Below are positions 60,535 through 64,000 of a stretch of DNA of 64,000 bases, in pieces (position 1 is the stretch's first letter; the number at the start of each line of letters is the position of its first letter). Under the pieces are notes generated by a model. It made no database searches and was not told the DNA's origin. It saw nothing but the letters and a program-made list of their open reading frames with translations. A program made the position numbers and the translations under genes. This stretch comes from Candidatus Eiseniibacteriota bacterium (GTDB lineage Bacteria; Eisenbacteria; RBG-16-71-46), in assembly GCA_044222065.1 (NCBI GenBank), contig JBGAOA010000003.1:1-64000 (forward strand), written 5' to 3'.

Positions 60535-61218
60535 GTGTCGCCTGGCCGATCCACCGTCGCGAAGTCCCCGCACGTGCGCGCGAAGCGCGAGCGCCGCCGC
60601 GAGGAGATCCTGCACGCCGCGCTGCGCGCGTTCCGCGAGCGCGGCTACCACGCGACGACGCTCGACCACATCGCCGAGCGGCTCGGCGTGCGGAAGACGG
60701 CGCTCTACCACTACTTCCCGGACAAGGAAGCGATCCTCCACGAGTGCCACCAGGATTCGCTCGTCCAGCTCGAGCGCATCCTCGAGGCGTCGCGCGCGCT
60801 GCGCTCCCCGCGCGAGCGGCTCCGCTACCTGATCCGCGAGCACGTGCGCGTCATGACCGACACGCTGCGCGGCTCGCCGCTCGCCTTCGAAGTGCAGGCG
60901 TTCTCGGAGGAGCGCCGCACCGAGATGATCGCCGGGCGCGACGCCTACGAGCGCGAATTGCGCCGCACGATCGAGCGCGGCGTGCGCGCCGGCGAGTTCC
61001 GGCCCGTGGATCCCAAGCTCGCCGTGTTCGCGATCCTCGGCGCGATCAACTGGATCGCGCGCTGGTACCGCCCCGAGGGCGAGCTGCAGGCCGACACGAT
61101 CGGCGACGCGTTCGCCGACCACCTCATGACCGGACTCGGCCCCGCGCCGCGGCTGTCGCTCGCCCGGCGCCCGCGCGCGGCCGCGCCGGCCGCAACCCGG
61201 AAGAGAACGACGCGATGA
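60535..61218 (+). CDS. TetR/AcrR family transcriptional regulator
   Basis: GYHATTLDHIAERLGVRKTALYHYFPDKE; WYRPEG; GGAGG before GTG. Confidence 0.93.
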   Translation: MSPGRSTVAKSPHVRAKRERRREEILHAALRAFRERGYHATTLDHIAERLGVRKTALYHYFPDKEAILHECHQDSLVQLERILEASRALRSPRERLRYLIREHVRVMTDTLRGSPLAFEVQAFSEERRTEMIAGRDAYERELRRTIERGVRAGEFRPVDPKLAVFAILGAINWIARWYRPEGELQADTIGDAFADHLMTGLGPAPRLSLARRPRAAAPAATRKRTTR

Positions 61219-62267
61219 AAGCGATTCGGCTGCTCGAAGGAGGCGCGCCGCTCGAAGTGCGCGACGTGCCCGATCCCGTGTGTGGCGACGACGACGTCGT
61301 GGTGCGCGTCGCGGGCTGCGGGGTGTGCCACACCGACATCGGCTTCTGGAAGGACGGCGTGCCGACGCGCAAGAGCCTGCCGCTCACGCTCGGGCACGAA
61401 GTGAGCGGCGTCGTCGAGTCCGCGGGCGCGGCGCACGCGGCGCTCGTGGGCCGCGAAGTGATCGTGCCGGCCGTCATTCCGTGCGGCGACTGCGACCTGT
61501 GCCGCGCCGGCCGCGGGAACGCGTGCCGCCGCCAGATCATGCCGGGCAACGACCTCGACGGCGGCTTCGCCGAGCGGCTCGCGGTGCCCGCGCGCGGCCT
61601 GTGCGTCGTGAAGGAGCGCGCCGGCTACGACCTCGCCGAGCTCAGCGTGATCGCCGACGCCGTCACGACGCCGTACCAGGCGGTCGTCCGCAGCGGGCTT
61701 CAGCCGAACGACCTCGCGATCGTAATCGGCGCCGGCGGCGTCGGCGGCTACGCGGTGCAGGTCGCGGCCGCACTCGGCGGGAAGGTGGTCGCGGTGGACG
61801 TGGACGACGCGAAGCTCGCGCTGATCGCGGAGCACGGCGCGTCGGCGACGTTCAATTCGCGCACGACGGACTTCAAGACGCTCAAGAAGGAGATCGGCGC
61901 GAAGGCGGCGGCGTGGGGCTGCCCGCCAATCGGCTGGAAGGTGTTCGAGTGCTCGGGCTCGACCGCGGGGCAGGAGACGGCGTTCGGACTGCTCGGGCAC
62001 GCGGGCACGCTGCTGGTCGTGGGCTTCACGCTCGGCAAGATCGAGGTGCGGCTCAGCAACCTCATGGCGTTCGACGCCACCGTGCAGGGCACGTGGGGCT
62101 GCCGCACCGAGCTCTACCGCGAGGCCGTCCAGCTCGTCACGAGCGGGCGCGTCACCTTGAAGCCGTTCATCGAACGGCACCCGATGAGCCGCGGTCCGGA
62201 AGTGATCCGGCGCGTGGCGGACCACGAGATCACGAAGCGGGCGATCCTCGAGCCCGACTGGAGCTAG
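61215..62267 (+). CDS. had: 6-hydroxycyclohex-1-ene-1-carbonyl-CoA dehydrogenase
   Basis: GCGVCHTD, PLTLGHE, PAVIPCGDC, MPGND, ADAVTTPYQA, RLSNLMAFDA, WGC; adjacent to oah. Confidence 0.88.
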   Translation: MKAIRLLEGGAPLEVRDVPDPVCGDDDVVVRVAGCGVCHTDIGFWKDGVPTRKSLPLTLGHEVSGVVESAGAAHAALVGREVIVPAVIPCGDCDLCRAGRGNACRRQIMPGNDLDGGFAERLAVPARGLCVVKERAGYDLAELSVIADAVTTPYQAVVRSGLQPNDLAIVIGAGGVGGYAVQVAAALGGKVVAVDVDDAKLALIAEHGASATFNSRTTDFKTLKKEIGAKAAAWGCPPIGWKVFECSGSTAGQETAFGLLGHAGTLLVVGFTLGKIEVRLSNLMAFDATVQGTWGCRTELYREAVQLVTSGRVTLKPFIERHPMSRGPEVIRRVADHEITKRAILEPDWS

Positions 62268-62271
62268 GACC

Positions 62272-63375
62272 ATGCTGAAAGTCCACACGCTGATCGAGAA
62301 CTGGAAGCCGCAGCACATCCGCTACGAACTGAAACCCGCGCGCGACCCGAAGGGCAACGCGGTGGACGGGCTCTTCAACGCCTGGATCGTGATCGACAAT
62401 CCGCCGCAGCTGAACAGCTACACGACCGAGATCGCGCGCGAGATCGTGCTCGCGTTCCGCGAGGCGAGCATGGACCGGCGCGTCGTGGCGGTCGTGTTCA
62501 CGGCGACCGGCGACAAGGCGTTCTGCACCGGCGGGAACACGAAGGAGTACGCCGAGTACTACGCGGGCAATCCGCAGGAATACAAGCAGTACATGCGCGT
62601 CTTCAACGACATGATCGACGCGATCCTGCGCTGCGACAAACCCGTCATCAACCGCGTGAACGGCATGCGCGTCGCGGGCGGCCAGGAGATCGGCATGGCG
62701 TGCGACTTCAGCATCGCCGTGGACACCGCGCGCTTCGGACAGGCGGGGCCGAAGCACGGCTCCGCGCCCGACGGCGGCTCGACGGACTTCCTGCCGCTCT
62801 ACGTCGGCTTCGGTCACGCGATGGAGAGCGCCGTGCTGTGCCAGCTCTGGAGCGCGCACAAGGCCGCGTTCCTCGGGCTCATCAACGAAGTCGTGCCGGT
62901 GCTGAAGGTGGACGGGCGGTTCGTTCCGAACCCGCTCGTCGTGACGGATCGATTCGTGGACGAGTGGGGCCGCATCGTCTACGGCGACTTCCGCACCGGC
63001 CCCGATGCCGAGGCCGCGAAGGCGACCCTCGCGAAGGCGACGACCGACCTGTCGAAGCTCGACGAAGCGGTCGAACGCGCGTGCACGCAGCTCCTGATGC
63101 TCATGCCCGACTGCGTGTCGAAGACCGTGAACAGCGTGCGCAAGCACAAGCAGCGTCACTGGGACCAGAACAGCATCACGAATCGCGAGTGGCTCGCGCT
63201 CAACATGATGACCGAGGGCCGCGCCGGCTTCCGCGCGTTCAACGAAGGTCCGAAGGACCGCCGCGAGGTGGACTTCATCAAGCTGCGCCAGCTGCTCGCG
63301 CAGGGCCATCCGTGGGACGACGAGCTCTATCGCGCGATCTCGCCCCAGTGTCAGACCGAGGGCGCGCCGCGCTGA
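62272..63375 (+). CDS. oah: 6-oxocyclohex-1-ene-1-carbonyl-CoA hydrolase (BamA/Oah)
   Basis: NSYTT, KAFCTGGNTKEYAEYYAGNPQEY, GQAGPKHGSAP, WLALNMMTE, GFRAFNEG. Confidence 0.93.
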   Translation: MLKVHTLIENWKPQHIRYELKPARDPKGNAVDGLFNAWIVIDNPPQLNSYTTEIAREIVLAFREASMDRRVVAVVFTATGDKAFCTGGNTKEYAEYYAGNPQEYKQYMRVFNDMIDAILRCDKPVINRVNGMRVAGGQEIGMACDFSIAVDTARFGQAGPKHGSAPDGGSTDFLPLYVGFGHAMESAVLCQLWSAHKAAFLGLINEVVPVLKVDGRFVPNPLVVTDRFVDEWGRIVYGDFRTGPDAEAAKATLAKATTDLSKLDEAVERACTQLLMLMPDCVSKTVNSVRKHKQRHWDQNSITNREWLALNMMTEGRAGFRAFNEGPKDRREVDFIKLRQLLAQGHPWDDELYRAISPQCQTEGAPR

Positions 63376-63403
63376 GCCGCGGCGCCGAAGGGAGCGGGCG
63401 GCG

Positions 63404-64000
63404 GTGGATCTGGGACTGAAGGGCCGGGCGGCGATCGTCACGGGCGGCGCGTCGGGGATCGGCGCGGCGGTCGCGGCCGAACTCGCGCGCGAGGGCTGCG
63501 ACGTCGCGATCGTGGACCTGAAGGCGCCCGCGCCGGACTCGCCGCCGATGCGCGCGATCGCCGACGCCGGGCGGCGCGCGCTCGCGTTCGCCGCCGACGT
63601 GCGCGACTTCGCGCTCGCCGAGCGTACGGTGAAGGACATCGCCGCCGCGTTCGGCCGCCTCGACGTGCTCGTGTGCTCGGCCGGCATCACCGACGACGCG
63701 CTGTCGTGGAAGATGGACGAGGCGCAGTGGGACCGCGTGCTCGCCGTGAACCTGAAGGGCTGCTTCAACTGGTCGCGCGCCGCCGCGGCGATCCTGAAGG
63801 AGCGGCGCTTCGGCCGCATCGTGAACGTCGCCTCGATCAACGGCCTGCGCGGCAAGTTCGGTCAGGCAAACTACGCGGCGTCCAAGGGCGGCGTGATCGC
63901 GCTGTCGAAGACACTCGCGCGCGAGCTCGGCAAGTTCGGCGTCACCGTGAACGTCGTCGCGCCCGGCATGGTGCGCACCGAGATGGCGTCGTCGCTGCCG
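63404..64000 (+). CDS. SDR family 3-oxoacyl-(ACP/CoA) reductase, truncated by the window end
   Basis: MDLGLKGRAAIVTGGASGIG, SAGITDD, NYAASKGG, VNVVAPG; missing from the ORF track because there is no stop in the window. Confidence 0.9.
   Translation, partial: MDLGLKGRAAIVTGGASGIGAAVAAELAREGCDVAIVDLKAPAPDSPPMRAIADAGRRALAFAADVRDFALAERTVKDIAAAFGRLDVLVCSAGITDDALSWKMDEAQWDRVLAVNLKGCFNWSRAAAAILKERRFGRIVNVASINGLRGKFGQANYAASKGGVIALSKTLARELGKFGVTVNVVAPGMVRTEMASSLP

Overview
A very GC-rich bacterial chromosomal segment. Secreted proteins with FlgD/Por-tail-like C-termini, DUF5916, DUF4097 and ADOP permeases suggest an FCB-like lineage such as Ca. Eisenbacteria or Gemmatimonadota (inference only). Housekeeping content: clpB, tRNA-Lys(CTT), hisS-aspS, and a methylcrotonyl-CoA carboxylase beta subunit. 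The most notable signal is a GGGAAC-N16-GC(A/G)TT(C/G) promoter-like motif found seven times, always upstream of a gene start. It links an ECF sigma factor with two paralogous zinc anti-sigmas to a ~13 kb block (two micro-ORFs, GH63-like glucosidase, glycogen debranching enzyme, aquaporin with a Cys/His tail, kinase, double-DM13, spondin, GMC oxidoreductase, VOC, glucose dehydrogenase) and to a distant molybdo-oxidoreductase. Also notable: a PTS-IIA gene followed by a HyfE/NuoL/NuoN-like membrane trio whose NuoN-like subunit seems to have lost its proton-pumping lysines; a lower-GC HEPN-like gene plus hicBA after aspS; a sigma54 two-component system beside an adaptor/ABC exporter; and the start of a benzoyl-CoA degradation operon (tetR-had-oah-SDR). 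No CRISPR array, rRNA, integrase or transposase was seen. All family calls come from recalled motifs, not database searches.
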